This document shows, one piece after another, positions 12,052-22,554 of a stretch of 64,000 bases of DNA. The stretch spans positions 32,001 through 96,000 of the forward strand of contig JAZUQR010000010.1 of assembly GCA_045605805.1 (NCBI GenBank). Reading direction: 5' to 3'. Numbering within the stretch: position 1 is the first letter of the stretch; each line of letters begins with the position of its first letter. Under the pieces are notes generated by a model, which ran no database searches, was not told where the DNA came from, and worked only from the letters and a program-made list of their open reading frames with translations. Both the position numbers and the translations under genes were made by a program. The DNA comes from Alphaproteobacteria bacterium (GTDB lineage: Bacteria > Pseudomonadota > Alphaproteobacteria > CAAHEQ01 > UBA3637).

Positions 12052-12316
12052 TTGACACCTCCTATCGTCTAATGGTGTAACAAAAAAGTATCAAAATGTC
12101 AAACTATTTTATTATTCAACATATTTTTTGTAGTTTTTCTTTTAATTCTTCTGTAATAGTGGGCCGATAAGCGCAAAGCAGCCCGCACCATGTGATAAAG
12201 TTCTCTTTCAAATGAGGGCTTTTTTTATTTCAATATCAATTTGCCTATATTTTTTGCTTGATTTTGGGAAAGATTCGGGGCATACTCAAAGAAAACCAAA
12301 GTATGGGAGGTGGCTT

Positions 12317-12934
12317 GTGTCTTTATCTCGCTTGGAGGCGGAAGGCCTGATTGAAATCTTAAAACAGAAAGAATTGAGTTTAGGGAGAGCTCCCAACACT
12401 TGGTACACTTTTCACAATCATGTTTTTGGGGCGGCGCAAGTCGCCCAAATTTTATCCGAAAAAATAGACGGGATGAATCCGGATGAAATGTATGTTTTGG
12501 CTTTACTGCACGATATTTCCAGAACAGAAGAAGACAGAGAACAACGCTTTCATGGCATTTTAGGATATGAAAAATTAAAAGACATTGATGAAAAGGCGGC
12601 ACGGTCTGCGCTGTCACACATGTTTGTGTTTCATCAGCTTCCGGATTATACCGTATGCGCACCCATGTTTTATCACAAAAAAGAAGATTATGATTTTGTG
12701 GCCAATTTTTTAAGCAACACCCACCTCAGTGATGAAGATTTATTGATTCAACTGGCCGATTCTTTGTCTAACAAATATGGCTTTGTGACGATTGACCAAC
12801 GCTTAAATGAATATGCCAAACGCCATCCAACGGCCGACTTACAACCGATTTATGAAAAAGCTGTACGCTTAAAAAATTACTTTGATGACAGAATCGGAGA
12901 AGATGTGTACAAGGTATTACATATATCTGTATAA
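12317..12934 (+). CDS. HD domain protein (probable GTG start at 12317)
   Basis: H...LLHDI...HGILG...LADS motifs; GGGAGG RBS. Confidence 0.8.
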   Translation: MSLSRLEAEGLIEILKQKELSLGRAPNTWYTFHNHVFGAAQVAQILSEKIDGMNPDEMYVLALLHDISRTEEDREQRFHGILGYEKLKDIDEKAARSALSHMFVFHQLPDYTVCAPMFYHKKEDYDFVANFLSNTHLSDEDLLIQLADSLSNKYGFVTIDQRLNEYAKRHPTADLQPIYEKAVRLKNYFDDRIGEDVYKVLHISV

Positions 12935-12992
12935 CAAAAGGCTTGCTTCTTTCTTGTTTTTATGATATTTTTTTATAACCGCTGATGAAAGG

Positions 12993-13721
12993 ATGGCTCC
13001 CATGAAAAAGTTTTTTTTATCCCCTTTATGTGCACCGACTTTTGTTTTTGTAATGATGACACTTTTTTATATTACAGCCTATTCTGCCCGTTCCTCGTAT
13101 GGTGTTTTTGATATTGAAAAATTGGGCGTTTCTGAAGTACTTACTTATTTCTTTTATTTTCTTTCTGGGCTTGGTCTTTTATTTTTCTTTAAGGACTATC
13201 TTCGCTCGCCCAAACAAAAAACTTTTTTCGCATTGGTGTTTTTATGGTTGATTACTTTGTTTCGGGAAATGGGGGCGCAAAAATGGCTGACTCAACATGA
13301 TTCTACCGCCATCAAAATTCGCTTTTTTACAAACCCAAACAACCCTTGGTATGAAAAAGTTGTTGCCGGAGCTTTAATTCTGATTGTTCTTTCGGTTGTG
13401 TTATGGCTTCTTATCAAGTATTTCAAAAAAATGATTATTGGTTTTTTCCAATTTCATCCCCTTTACTGGACCATTGCTACCTTTGGTGGGTTGGGGATAT
13501 TGACACAATTAGCCGATCGTTTTCCTGCAAACTATGCCAAGTATATGGGTACAAAGTTGGGTGAACCTGTTAGATTTGCCTGTAAGATTTTGGAAGAAGG
13601 CGGTGAGGCCTTATTGCCAATTTTGTTTTTAATCGCTTTGATACAATATCACCTTATTCGTTGTAAAAAGATTTCTCAAAGCGGCGGTGAATCCACAAAT
13701 ACTGTTCCGGATTCTGTTTAA
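12993..13721 (+). CDS. multi-pass membrane protein, unknown function
   Basis: several hydrophobic helices; FREM and LEEGGE motifs. Confidence 0.75.
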   Translation: MAPMKKFFLSPLCAPTFVFVMMTLFYITAYSARSSYGVFDIEKLGVSEVLTYFFYFLSGLGLLFFFKDYLRSPKQKTFFALVFLWLITLFREMGAQKWLTQHDSTAIKIRFFTNPNNPWYEKVVAGALILIVLSVVLWLLIKYFKKMIIGFFQFHPLYWTIATFGGLGILTQLADRFPANYAKYMGTKLGEPVRFACKILEEGGEALLPILFLIALIQYHLIRCKKISQSGGESTNTVPDSV

Positions 13722-14556
13722 TCCAATCCCAATAGATATTATTGATGTGAGTCATCACTTCAAGTAATGTTTTTTGATAATCCAAGCCTTGTGGGATTTT
13801 GACTTTCTCGGTGACAGTGAATGTCAGTGTTTTATCGGGTTGACGAATCCCTTTCATCATAAAAATTTCGGCTTGTTTTTTAATGGCCAGCGAAACCATG
13901 GCAGTTGGGGTCATTGAGGACTTGCCAAAAAAAGGAACTTCCATCCCTTCACGCAATTTTTGGTCACACAAAATGGCAATAAAATCGCCTTTTGATAGGG
14001 TTTCAATCATCAACCTTGCCCCTGCACTGCCTTTGGGGATTTTAACGCCCTGCCTTCTGTCAAACAACAATTTATCCAACCATGGATTATTGGCTTTTCT
14101 GTACACCGGATTCATATGAAAATCGGGGGCAATCTGTTTGGTGATATCTATTTCCCAGTTGCCGATATGTGCTGAACACACAAAGCCCCCCTTGCCCGTT
14201 TTCATGGCTTGACGCAACAGATCAAAATTGACAAAGTTTGTTTGTTGAAGTACCTTTTGATTATGAGCCGCTTCGGCAAAAACCATGCCAAAATGACGCC
14301 ACATTTTTTTGATGATTTCTTTTTTTTGCGCCAATGTTTTATCTGGCAGACCAAGGCTCATATTTTTTAAGGCAATTTGGTTGCGTCTTTTGGCAAAAGT
14401 GCCAATAAAAGCCCCCATGCCAGCGCCAAAGCCTCTGGCCATATTTAACGGAAGCACACGCAATACAATGCACACAAATAACATCCCAAGCCCAACCAAA
14501 GGGTCTTCAATAAACTTTTTCAGTGGAGGTCTTTTCGCTTGACGAATCTGTACCAT
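13654..14556 (-). CDS. lpxL: lipid A biosynthesis late acyltransferase (LpxL/HtrB family)
   Basis: SAHIGNWE, CDQ, PEQYLWIHRRF; clustered with lpxK and waaA. Confidence 0.88.
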   Translation of the reverse strand: MVQIRQAKRPPLKKFIEDPLVGLGMLFVCIVLRVLPLNMARGFGAGMGAFIGTFAKRRNQIALKNMSLGLPDKTLAQKKEIIKKMWRHFGMVFAEAAHNQKVLQQTNFVNFDLLRQAMKTGKGGFVCSAHIGNWEIDITKQIAPDFHMNPVYRKANNPWLDKLLFDRRQGVKIPKGSAGARLMIETLSKGDFIAILCDQKLREGMEVPFFGKSSMTPTAMVSLAIKKQAEIFMMKGIRQPDKTLTFTVTEKVKIPQGLDYQKTLLEVMTHINNIYWDWIKQNPEQYLWIHRRFEKSFYNE

Positions 14557-15526
14557 TCAGCACTCCTTTTAACAACTGCCATACCTGTTCCGGATTATCA
14601 AAAACAAACTTACCAGGCACCACAAAAACACTTTGTCGCATTTCTTTTGGAATTTTAACACCATCTTTTTCTGTAGTCAACAAGGGTAATGATTTTGCTT
14701 TTTTCTTGATGGCCTCTATATCAAATCGGGTATAAAAATAATGGTCTGGAAAATCTTGATAGCCCGCCACTTGAATGCCTTTTTCTGACAAGGAATCATA
14801 GAACTTTTTAGGATTGCCCAAGCCTGCAAAAGCATATACCTGTTTGCCACGGAACATAGATACCACCACTTCATCCAGCACAAAATGCCCTGTCACTATG
14901 GGTAGATTGATGCCGTTGCGTTCCAAATAAAAACGCACACCCCATGTATCTTCACCGGCCAATATAATGGCATTGGCTCGCTTTAAGCCTTCCAAAACAG
15001 GTTCACGCAAAGGGCCGGCCGGCAAAACTTTTTCATTTCCAAACCCTTTTTTACCATCAATAACCACAAAGGAAAAATCTTTTTTCAATGTTGGATTTTG
15101 ATATCCGTCATCCATAATCAAGGCTTTTGCCCCCCATTTTTCGGCAATTTGTGCCCCTTTATAGCGTTTGGCGCTGACCACCGTTGGGGCCACTTCATTT
15201 AACAACAAGGCTTCATCCCCCACATCAATAGCCGAATGCGTTCTTTTATCCACCAAAACCCCTTGTTTTTCGGCTTTATATCCATGATTCAGATAGTAAA
15301 AACTTTTTCCGTTTTCGTGCAACAGATGCCCCAACGATATGGCCACAGGGGTTTTGCCAACACCCCCCACAAAGATATTGCCCACACAGATGACCGGCAT
15401 TTGTGCCTGATATTTTGGCTTTTTCTTGACACGATGTTTTGTCATCATCGCATAAACCAGACTTGCCGGCTTTAACAAGGTACTTAAAATACTTTTTTCT
15501 TTTGACCAAAACTTTGGTGTTTTCAT
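14507..15526 (-). CDS. lpxK: tetraacyldisaccharide 4'-kinase
   Basis: CVGNIFVGGVGKTP, GDEALLL, MDDGYQ, PAGPLRE, TTEKD. Confidence 0.96.
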   Translation of the reverse strand: MKTPKFWSKEKSILSTLLKPASLVYAMMTKHRVKKKPKYQAQMPVICVGNIFVGGVGKTPVAISLGHLLHENGKSFYYLNHGYKAEKQGVLVDKRTHSAIDVGDEALLLNEVAPTVVSAKRYKGAQIAEKWGAKALIMDDGYQNPTLKKDFSFVVIDGKKGFGNEKVLPAGPLREPVLEGLKRANAIILAGEDTWGVRFYLERNGINLPIVTGHFVLDEVVVSMFRGKQVYAFAGLGNPKKFYDSLSEKGIQVAGYQDFPDHYFYTRFDIEAIKKKAKSLPLLTTEKDGVKIPKEMRQSVFVVPGKFVFDNPEQVWQLLKGVLNGTDSSSEKTSTEKVY

Positions 15527-16791
15527 GCCACAATTCCCCGTTCTTTCAAACATTGATACAGGCGATCCAACACAGCCATTTCACTGGTGGCTGTGGCATG
15601 GGCTTTTTCATTTAACTGAACTTGCTTTTCGGGGTTCTTTAACAAATCTTTGATTGTTTCCAGCAATTCTTTTTCATCTTTCACTTCCAACAAGGCTTGT
15701 TTTTCCTTACCAGATTGAACAATTTCTTTGAAGTTAAACGCATAAGGGCCAATAATCACCGATTTAGACAGACTCATCGGTTCCAACATATTTTGGCCTC
15801 CAAATGGAATGAGGCTGCCCCCCACCAAAACAATGGGGGCCAACCGATAGAGCAGGCCCATTTCACCAATGGTATCAGCCAGATATACATCTGTGCTTGC
15901 GGTGATTTCTTCGTTGCGAGAACGACGGGCCACCGTCAAGCCGTTTTTTATGAACATTTTTTCAATGTCATCCGCCCGATTGGGGTGACGTGGCACATTT
16001 ATTGTTAAAATGTTGGGCCAAATCTTTTTTAATTCGTGGTGTACAAAGGCCATTTTTTCTTCCTCATTATGATGCGTTGAGGCGCCCGACCAACAGGGGC
16101 GATTGCCAATGGCTTTTTGAATTTTTTCCAATTCAGCCGCATCAAACGGAGAAGGCGGTGCCGCATATTTTATATTCCCCACACAATCCGTTGCCGGACT
16201 GCCCAAAACCTGTAATCTGCGGGTGTTTTCGGGAGATTGCCCCAAAGTTAAAGTAAAAAATTTTAACAACGATTTAACAAACCATTTGGATTTTTGCCAA
16301 CGGGCAAAGGACTTATCCGAAATACGCCCATTTAATAAAACCAGCGGTATCCCTTCTTTATGAATAGCTGTCAACAAACTTGGCCAAAAGTCAGATTCAA
16401 ACCACAGCACGGCATCGGCCTTAAAATGACGCACAAATGAACGAGCCCCCCATGGAGAATCAATTGGAATAAATTGATGAAAAGCTCGGGGTGGCAACCT
16501 CTTGGCCATTAAATCGGCCGAGGTGACTGTGCCGCTTGTCACCATTATATTCAATTCAGAATCCATTTCCAACAACTTGTTTATCAAGGGCATCATAGAC
16601 AAACATTCACCCACGCTGGCCCCATGCATCCAAATCAATTTGCCTTGGGGACGGGGCTTTTTCGGATGTCCCAAGCGTTCACAGAATCTGCTTTTATTTT
16701 CTTTTCCTTTTAACAGGCGTATCCAAAACCACACCACCAAAAAGGGTGTCAATAACACAAAAATCACTCGGTATAAAAATAAAGCTATCAT
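15523..16791 (-). CDS. waaA: 3-deoxy-D-manno-octulosonic acid (Kdo) transferase
   Basis: WMHGASVGE, VPRHP, DTIGEM, GGQNMLEP. Confidence 0.96.
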   Translation of the reverse strand: MIALFLYRVIFVLLTPFLVVWFWIRLLKGKENKSRFCERLGHPKKPRPQGKLIWMHGASVGECLSMMPLINKLLEMDSELNIMVTSGTVTSADLMAKRLPPRAFHQFIPIDSPWGARSFVRHFKADAVLWFESDFWPSLLTAIHKEGIPLVLLNGRISDKSFARWQKSKWFVKSLLKFFTLTLGQSPENTRRLQVLGSPATDCVGNIKYAAPPSPFDAAELEKIQKAIGNRPCWSGASTHHNEEEKMAFVHHELKKIWPNILTINVPRHPNRADDIEKMFIKNGLTVARRSRNEEITASTDVYLADTIGEMGLLYRLAPIVLVGGSLIPFGGQNMLEPMSLSKSVIIGPYAFNFKEIVQSGKEKQALLEVKDEKELLETIKDLLKNPEKQVQLNEKAHATATSEMAVLDRLYQCLKERGIVA

Positions 16792-16854
16792 TTTTTCTCA
16801 CTTTTTGTTAAAATACAAAGGTATTTTAGCAAACTTTGAATCAAAAGGCAACAG

Positions 16855-17376
16855 ATGATTGGACTTTATGCACAAAATCAAAATACTGTTTCACAATTAT
16901 TGCTTTTATCGGAGGGATTACCGATTGAGGCCTATCATCCCGACCATTCTTATTCACATATTATTTGCTTGGATGATTGCCCTCCAAAAAATAATGCCAT
17001 TATTTTAACTAAGGCCGATTTAGGGGTGCCTTTGTCTGGCACAGAGTGGCGATTATTTATTCAAAAAATAAGTGCCGCTTCTGTGCATTACCGCAACGAT
17101 TGGTTTTATTTTGATGCTTCTTTACGCTTGATTACAAACTTAAAAACCGCAAAAGCCATCTCTTTAACCGAAAAAGAAACGGATATTTTGGCGTTTTTGG
17201 TTCAATCCAAGAACCATCAATGCACCAAAGAGATGATGCTTCAATCTGTTTGGGGATATCATCCCGATGCAGAAACACATACCTTGGAAAGCCATTTCTA
17301 TATCCTTAAACAAAAGTTGGGGCAAGATATAGTCCATTTATTACAAATGAAAGACGCTGTTCTTTTCCTTCTTTAA
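16855..17376 (+). CDS. OmpR/PhoB-type winged-helix DNA-binding protein with a degenerate receiver
   Basis: LTEKETDIL...VWGYHPDAETHTLESHFYILKQKL. Confidence 0.75.
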   Translation: MIGLYAQNQNTVSQLLLLSEGLPIEAYHPDHSYSHIICLDDCPPKNNAIILTKADLGVPLSGTEWRLFIQKISAASVHYRNDWFYFDASLRLITNLKTAKAISLTEKETDILAFLVQSKNHQCTKEMMLQSVWGYHPDAETHTLESHFYILKQKLGQDIVHLLQMKDAVLFLL

Positions 17377-18021
17377 TTATTCTTCCATCAAAGCGCCTTG
17401 TGTGGCTTGTGGCAACCCCACACCCATGTTTGTATTTTCATTTGGTATTTGACCTTGTGTTGATGGTTGTCCTTGTGGCTGGGCTTGATTATCTTGTGTT
17501 GCAGGTTGTACAGAGGTCACGCCATAGAGCAACATTTGATTGAGTTTATCTTGCAATTCCGTATCTCGCAAAACAGGGTTTTTGGACAAATACCAAAGGA
17601 TATTCCTTCCAAAATCATCTGTAACCAACACATCCGCATTTGCTTGCATCAACAATTCCATCATCGCAGCATTTGGCGCATAACAAGCCGCAAACAAAAT
17701 CAATGGGATTTGTTTGGGTGCCCCTGCAATTGGGAACGCATCCAAGCTGACCATATCAGAAGCCCGTTTGGGCGATTGCTTCAACAGAGCCTCCAATATC
17801 TTGGGATTTCCTCGGCGAATGGCTAATTGCATCACTGAACCACCACAACGCACCGGTTTGTCAAACTCTGCCCCACGGGCAATTAAATTGTTGATTTGTT
17901 CTTCGTTTCTTGCCTTGGTAATCAATTCTTGAAACGGTGATAACACACATTCCACATTTCTTTGTGCCATTGCTGGCAATGCAGCGATTACACAAACAGA
18001 TAACAATAAAAACTTTTTCAT
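17377..18021 (-). CDS. secreted ankyrin-repeat-like protein
   Basis: signal peptide; LAIRRGNPKILEALLK, LLMQANADV..DDFGRN. Confidence 0.65.
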   Translation of the reverse strand: MKKFLLLSVCVIAALPAMAQRNVECVLSPFQELITKARNEEQINNLIARGAEFDKPVRCGGSVMQLAIRRGNPKILEALLKQSPKRASDMVSLDAFPIAGAPKQIPLILFAACYAPNAAMMELLMQANADVLVTDDFGRNILWYLSKNPVLRDTELQDKLNQMLLYGVTSVQPATQDNQAQPQGQPSTQGQIPNENTNMGVGLPQATQGALMEE

Positions 18022-18039
18022 TTTTCCCCCTTCTTTTTT

Positions 18040-18660
18040 TTATTCTTTATATGGATTATGAAAGATAAAAATGGTTTTGTCAACAGGAATGTTTTGTTTA
18101 ATATCAAAAAGCGATACTGTTGATTTTATTCCTTGTACATCCAACACATCCCATTGTTTCAGCTGTAATGTTTCTTTATCAATCACCAGTGTCAATTCGC
18201 CCAACTCTTTGGCCTCTTTTTTATGGGCGGTAATAAAATATTCATCCAACACATCTTGGACATCAGTCACCACAAAACCTTCATCATCAAACACAAGTTT
18301 TTCCCGCAAAATCCATTCCACAGGTGTGCTGTTCAAATCAAAATAATTCACTTCTTCCATATCTTTATCATGATAGATAAATGCCCCTTGGGTGGCCACA
18401 AACTCCAATGGAGAGCCTTGTTCATAGACAAGACGCATTTGGCCGGGGCGGGAAATATAAATTGTGCCGGTGTGCAGCTCATCTTTCATTTTAGAATTGA
18501 ATTGGGCAAACTTGGCCTGCAACGAATGCATTTTATTATAAGCCTTTTCCACCTTTGTTAAAATGGCCCGATTTGCTTTGGTATCAATATCTTTATCCAC
18601 AAGAGCAAGGCTTGGTGTAGCCATACATATACTTATCCACAACAATATCCATTTTTTCAT
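18040..18660 (-). CDS. lolA: outer-membrane lipoprotein carrier LolA family
   Basis: signal peptide, GTIYISRPGQMRLVY, LKQWDVLD; downstream of ftsK. Confidence 0.85.
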   Translation of the reverse strand: MKKWILLWISICMATPSLALVDKDIDTKANRAILTKVEKAYNKMHSLQAKFAQFNSKMKDELHTGTIYISRPGQMRLVYEQGSPLEFVATQGAFIYHDKDMEEVNYFDLNSTPVEWILREKLVFDDEGFVVTDVQDVLDEYFITAHKKEAKELGELTLVIDKETLQLKQWDVLDVQGIKSTVSLFDIKQNIPVDKTIFIFHNPYKE

Positions 18661-20864
18661 ACTTCACCTCCTGTGGCATTTGGGGATAAAATCTCACGCT
18701 TACCGGCCACATTGGGGGCAGAGATAATACCATCGGCTTCCATGCGTTCAATTAAATCGGCCGCTTTATTATAACCAATGGACAGCCGGCGTTGGATATA
18801 ACTGGTGGTGGGTTTCTTATCACGCAACACCAATTGAACGGCTTTATCATACAAATCATCTCCGCTGTTGCCCCCACCGGACATACCACCGCCAGAGGCC
18901 ATATTTGCCGATTCGGACACAACCGCATCCACATATTCTGGTTTGCCTTGATGTGACCAATGTTTCACCACAGCCAACACATCTTCATCCGCCACAAACG
19001 GCCCATGCACACGAGTGGGTTTATTGCCGGCCGGCATATACAACATATCACCACGGCCCAAAAGTTGTTCTGCCCCTTGTTCATCCAAAATTGTGCGAGA
19101 GTCAATTTTATTGCGCACTTGGAAAGAAATACGAGATGGGAAGTTTGATTTAATTGTACCTGTAATCACATCCACAGACGGACGCTGGGTGGCCAAAATC
19201 AAGTGAATACCCACTGCACGAGCCATTTGTGCCAACCGTTGAATCAATGGGTCAGCCTCTTTACCACATTGCCCCATCAAATCAGCCATTTCATCAATAA
19301 TAAACACTATATATGGCAAGGGCGTTAAATCAAATGCTCGTTCTTCCATAATCGGTTCACCCGTTGCTGCATCAAAACCGGTTTGAACCCGCCTTTTTAA
19401 TTCAATCCCTTCGGCTTTGGCTTGTTTTAATTTTTCATTAAAGCCTGTGATATTTCTGACCCCCAACTGGCTCATTGAACGATAGCGGTCTTCCATTTCA
19501 TGTACCGCCCATTTTAGCGCCATCAAGGCTTTGGGTGGTTCTGTCACCACAGGGGTTAAAAGATGAGGAATGCCATTATAAACCGACAATTCCACCATTT
19601 TTGGATCCACCAAAATCAGGCGACATTGTTCGGGGGTAAAACGATACAAAAGTGACAAAATCATTGTATTGATGCCCACAGATTTTCCCGAACCGGTTGT
19701 GCCGGCCACAAGCATGTGGGGCATTTTTGCCAAATCAGCATAAACAGAACGACCACCAATATCTTTTCCCAAAATAATCGGCAATGCCCCTGTATGTTCT
19801 TGGAAAGACGGTTGTTCCATCATATCCCGAATATACACCGTTTCCCGTGTTGGGTTGGGCATTTCAATACCGATAGCATTCGTGCCTGGGATAACAGCCA
19901 TACGCACAGATGGCACCATCATTTCTCGGGCAACATCTTCTGCCAATGAAATAACTCGGGATACTTTTACACCAGATGCCGGTTCAAACGAATAAAGTGT
20001 CACCACCGGCCCAGGGGCAAACTTTGTAATTTTCCCTTGAACACAAAACTCTTTTAACACGCTTTCCAATTTTTCGGCAATTTGAGTCATCACTTCTTTG
20101 CTTAATGCACTTGAAGCCGAAGCCTTCACAGGGGCCAACAATTCAGAACTTGGCAAAATATAGGCACTTTCTTCGTTCAATTCGGCCATAATATCGGCTT
20201 TTTTCTTATGCACAACCGTTGCTTTTACTTTTTCTTTTGGAGCCGATTTTTTGATTTTATTCACTTGCGCTTTTACATAAATCTGTTTGAACGGTTTTTT
20301 CATCTTTTCAGGCACTTTCACAGGGATTTTTTTCATACCCCACAAGAAACCAAGCCCTGTCCATTTGCCCAATTTTATTACAGGCACTTTGAACGACAAG
20401 ATGATAAGCAACGCACATATCATCCATCCGGTTATTTGTATCCACATTTGTTGCGGGGCATACCATGCGCTTAGATATTTGCCAACAAAGCCGCCTTTGC
20501 CTGCTTTTAACCAATCTGTTGCACTGGCATCCGCCCTTAACCAAGTTATTAAAATCAAGGCAACAATCAAGCCCGTCACACGCCAACGTATATGATTTTT
20601 TTTCATCAGAATAAAAACACCTATCACAAGCAAGACAACAGGTACCATAAAGGCTGCTTCGCCCAACATTTGAAGCAAGGCATCGGCCAGATATGCCCCC
20701 ACACAGCCCAACCAGTTTTGTGTGGGCAAATCAGATGCCGTATTCCATGCGCTGTCCCATTTATGATAGCTTATTAAACTGAGCATACTCATCAGTCCAA
20801 ACGCCAGAGTTAAAGTTCCTTTTACCCAAAAGGGCATTGTTCTTTTTTTCTTTTTTTTCTGCAT
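18657..20864 (-). CDS. ftsK: DNA translocase FtsK
   Basis: N-terminal TM domain, GTTGSGKS, ATQRPSVDVITG, gamma domain IQRRLSIGYNKA. Confidence 0.97.
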   Translation of the reverse strand: MQKKKKKRTMPFWVKGTLTLAFGLMSMLSLISYHKWDSAWNTASDLPTQNWLGCVGAYLADALLQMLGEAAFMVPVVLLVIGVFILMKKNHIRWRVTGLIVALILITWLRADASATDWLKAGKGGFVGKYLSAWYAPQQMWIQITGWMICALLIILSFKVPVIKLGKWTGLGFLWGMKKIPVKVPEKMKKPFKQIYVKAQVNKIKKSAPKEKVKATVVHKKKADIMAELNEESAYILPSSELLAPVKASASSALSKEVMTQIAEKLESVLKEFCVQGKITKFAPGPVVTLYSFEPASGVKVSRVISLAEDVAREMMVPSVRMAVIPGTNAIGIEMPNPTRETVYIRDMMEQPSFQEHTGALPIILGKDIGGRSVYADLAKMPHMLVAGTTGSGKSVGINTMILSLLYRFTPEQCRLILVDPKMVELSVYNGIPHLLTPVVTEPPKALMALKWAVHEMEDRYRSMSQLGVRNITGFNEKLKQAKAEGIELKRRVQTGFDAATGEPIMEERAFDLTPLPYIVFIIDEMADLMGQCGKEADPLIQRLAQMARAVGIHLILATQRPSVDVITGTIKSNFPSRISFQVRNKIDSRTILDEQGAEQLLGRGDMLYMPAGNKPTRVHGPFVADEDVLAVVKHWSHQGKPEYVDAVVSESANMASGGGMSGGGNSGDDLYDKAVQLVLRDKKPTTSYIQRRLSIGYNKAADLIERMEADGIISAPNVAGKREILSPNATGGEV

Positions 20865-21511
20865 TAAAGCCCCCCATTTTGAGCCAATTTTTCAATCGCT
20901 TCCTTCACCAAATAAATTGTGATTCTTCGGCCTTTTGCCAAAGACAATTCATCTGTCATATTGACCACCTTTTGAACGGCTGCAAAAGAACGAGGCACTC
21001 GGGTGGCAATATACATCAACACAACCGGTTCTACCACCGCCTGTTTATCTGTGAACATTTTGGCACACACAGACATAATTGTTTTATCGTCTGGCATTTG
21101 AATTTCTGCCTTGGGCGTCATACCAATTCGGGATTGCAAATCTGGCAACGCAAATTGGGGGATTTTTCGGGCGGTCATCAACAAACCGCCTTGTTTTTCC
21201 TGCATTCGGTTAAACAAATGAAACAAGGCTTTTTCGTTTTGCAATTCTTCTAAGTTTTCCACCACCACTTTTTGACTTTGCGGCATGAAATCTTCTGTCA
21301 GGTCTTTGGCTTCTATGCGTTCTTCGGAAAAAATGGATGCCAAATGGGTTTTGCCAGACCCTTCTTCCCCATAAATCAACAGGGCGTGCATCGGCCAATC
21401 CGGATAGTTGTCAATCCAAGAAATTGCTTCCTGATTACAATTTGCTACCCAGAAGTTTTCTCGTCCATAGGCTTGGCGTGATGGAAATTCAAGAGCCAAC
21501 TGTTCGGTCAT
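20864..21511 (-). CDS. hdaA: DnaA regulatory inactivator HdaA/Hda
   Basis: N-terminal clamp motif QLALEF, GSGKTHLA, LFHLFN, DLQSR. Confidence 0.88.
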   Translation of the reverse strand: MTEQLALEFPSRQAYGRENFWVANCNQEAISWIDNYPDWPMHALLIYGEEGSGKTHLASIFSEERIEAKDLTEDFMPQSQKVVVENLEELQNEKALFHLFNRMQEKQGGLLMTARKIPQFALPDLQSRIGMTPKAEIQMPDDKTIMSVCAKMFTDKQAVVEPVVLMYIATRVPRSFAAVQKVVNMTDELSLAKGRRITIYLVKEAIEKLAQNGGL

Positions 21512-22554
21512 TCACTCCCCTTATAAAACTTTGTTGTTTGATACCATTTCATTAAATTGCGCATAACTACCCCTAAAACTGCTGCCACAGGAACCGCCAA
21601 CAAAACACCCATAAAGCCGGACAAAACACCACCGGCCAACAAGGCAAAGATCACCCACACCGGATGAAGCCCTACTCGCTTGCCAACCAGATAAGGTGTT
21701 AAAAAATAACTTTCTATTACCTGACCAAAAATAAAAACAACCGCCATCCAAATCCATTGAGCCATACCTAAACCCTGTAATAATCCCAACAGAATACTTA
21801 AAAGCATTCCCACCCCAAAGCCAATGTAGGGAATGAATGAAAAAAGGCCCGTCAGCAATCCCACCAAAATACCCATATCCAACCCGACACAGGACAAAGT
21901 AATCGCATAGTATAATGCCAATATCAAACAGACACTTGCTTGACCACGAATAAAACCAGATAAGGTGGTATTGATTTCTTTCATAATGTTTTGAACGGTG
22001 GTTCTTTTTTTCATAGGAATCATCTCCTTTGCACTTTGCGCAACTTGTGGCCAATCACGCATTAAATAGAACATTACAACCGGTGTGATCAGCACCAAAG
22101 ACACAAGGCTGAACACTGCCACACCGCCCGAAATAACACGCATCATTGCCGTGCCAAGCCCTTGAAACACATTTAAGGTTGTTTGTGACACAGAATCCGA
22201 CAGCTGATACAGTTGCTGTTCTGTGATATTCAAGCGACCGTATGTCAATACATCTTTTAATTTTTCCCATACCAATGTTGTTAAACGGGGAATACGCAAC
22301 ATAAAATCCATTACTTGCGCTTGCAAAATCGGCACCACAATCAACACAACGGAGATTACCAAAAATACAATCAGCGACACAAGCATTCCCGTTGCCCAAC
22401 CTCGTGATATTTTTTTTGACATTTTATCCACAATCGGATTTAGGGCAAACGCAAATACAAGTGCCAAAACAAATGGCAACAAAATATCGCTGATACGATA
22501 AATAAACAGCCCTAAAACTGTAATACCCAAAAGAATCCAATGTGTTTTATTCAT
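21508..22554 (-). CDS. AI-2E family transporter
   Basis: GFIRGQ, FIPYIG, VGLHPVWVIFALLAGG. Confidence 0.92.
   Translation of the reverse strand: MNKTHWILLGITVLGLFIYRISDILLPFVLALVFAFALNPIVDKMSKKISRGWATGMLVSLIVFLVISVVLIVVPILQAQVMDFMLRIPRLTTLVWEKLKDVLTYGRLNITEQQLYQLSDSVSQTTLNVFQGLGTAMMRVISGGVAVFSLVSLVLITPVVMFYLMRDWPQVAQSAKEMIPMKKRTTVQNIMKEINTTLSGFIRGQASVCLILALYYAITLSCVGLDMGILVGLLTGLFSFIPYIGFGVGMLLSILLGLLQGLGMAQWIWMAVVFIFGQVIESYFLTPYLVGKRVGLHPVWVIFALLAGGVLSGFMGVLLAVPVAAVLGVVMRNLMKWYQTTKFYKGSE

Larger units (their letters stand above)
11247..12190. mobile_element. tRNA-Thr-anchored gene cassette (no integrase)
   Basis: bounded by duplicated GCACCATGTGATAAAG..CTCTTTCAAATGAGGGCTTTTT (from 11241 and from 12185); palindrome GAGTCCAATAAT...ATTATCGGACTC at 11304-11357; AT-rich cargo. 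Confidence 0.8.

Noticed and set aside
12159-12190. GTGGGC...GCCCGC-ACCA as a tRNA-like minihelix RNA
   Set aside because: The 6-bp stem is short and better explained as the 30-nt cassette right junction.
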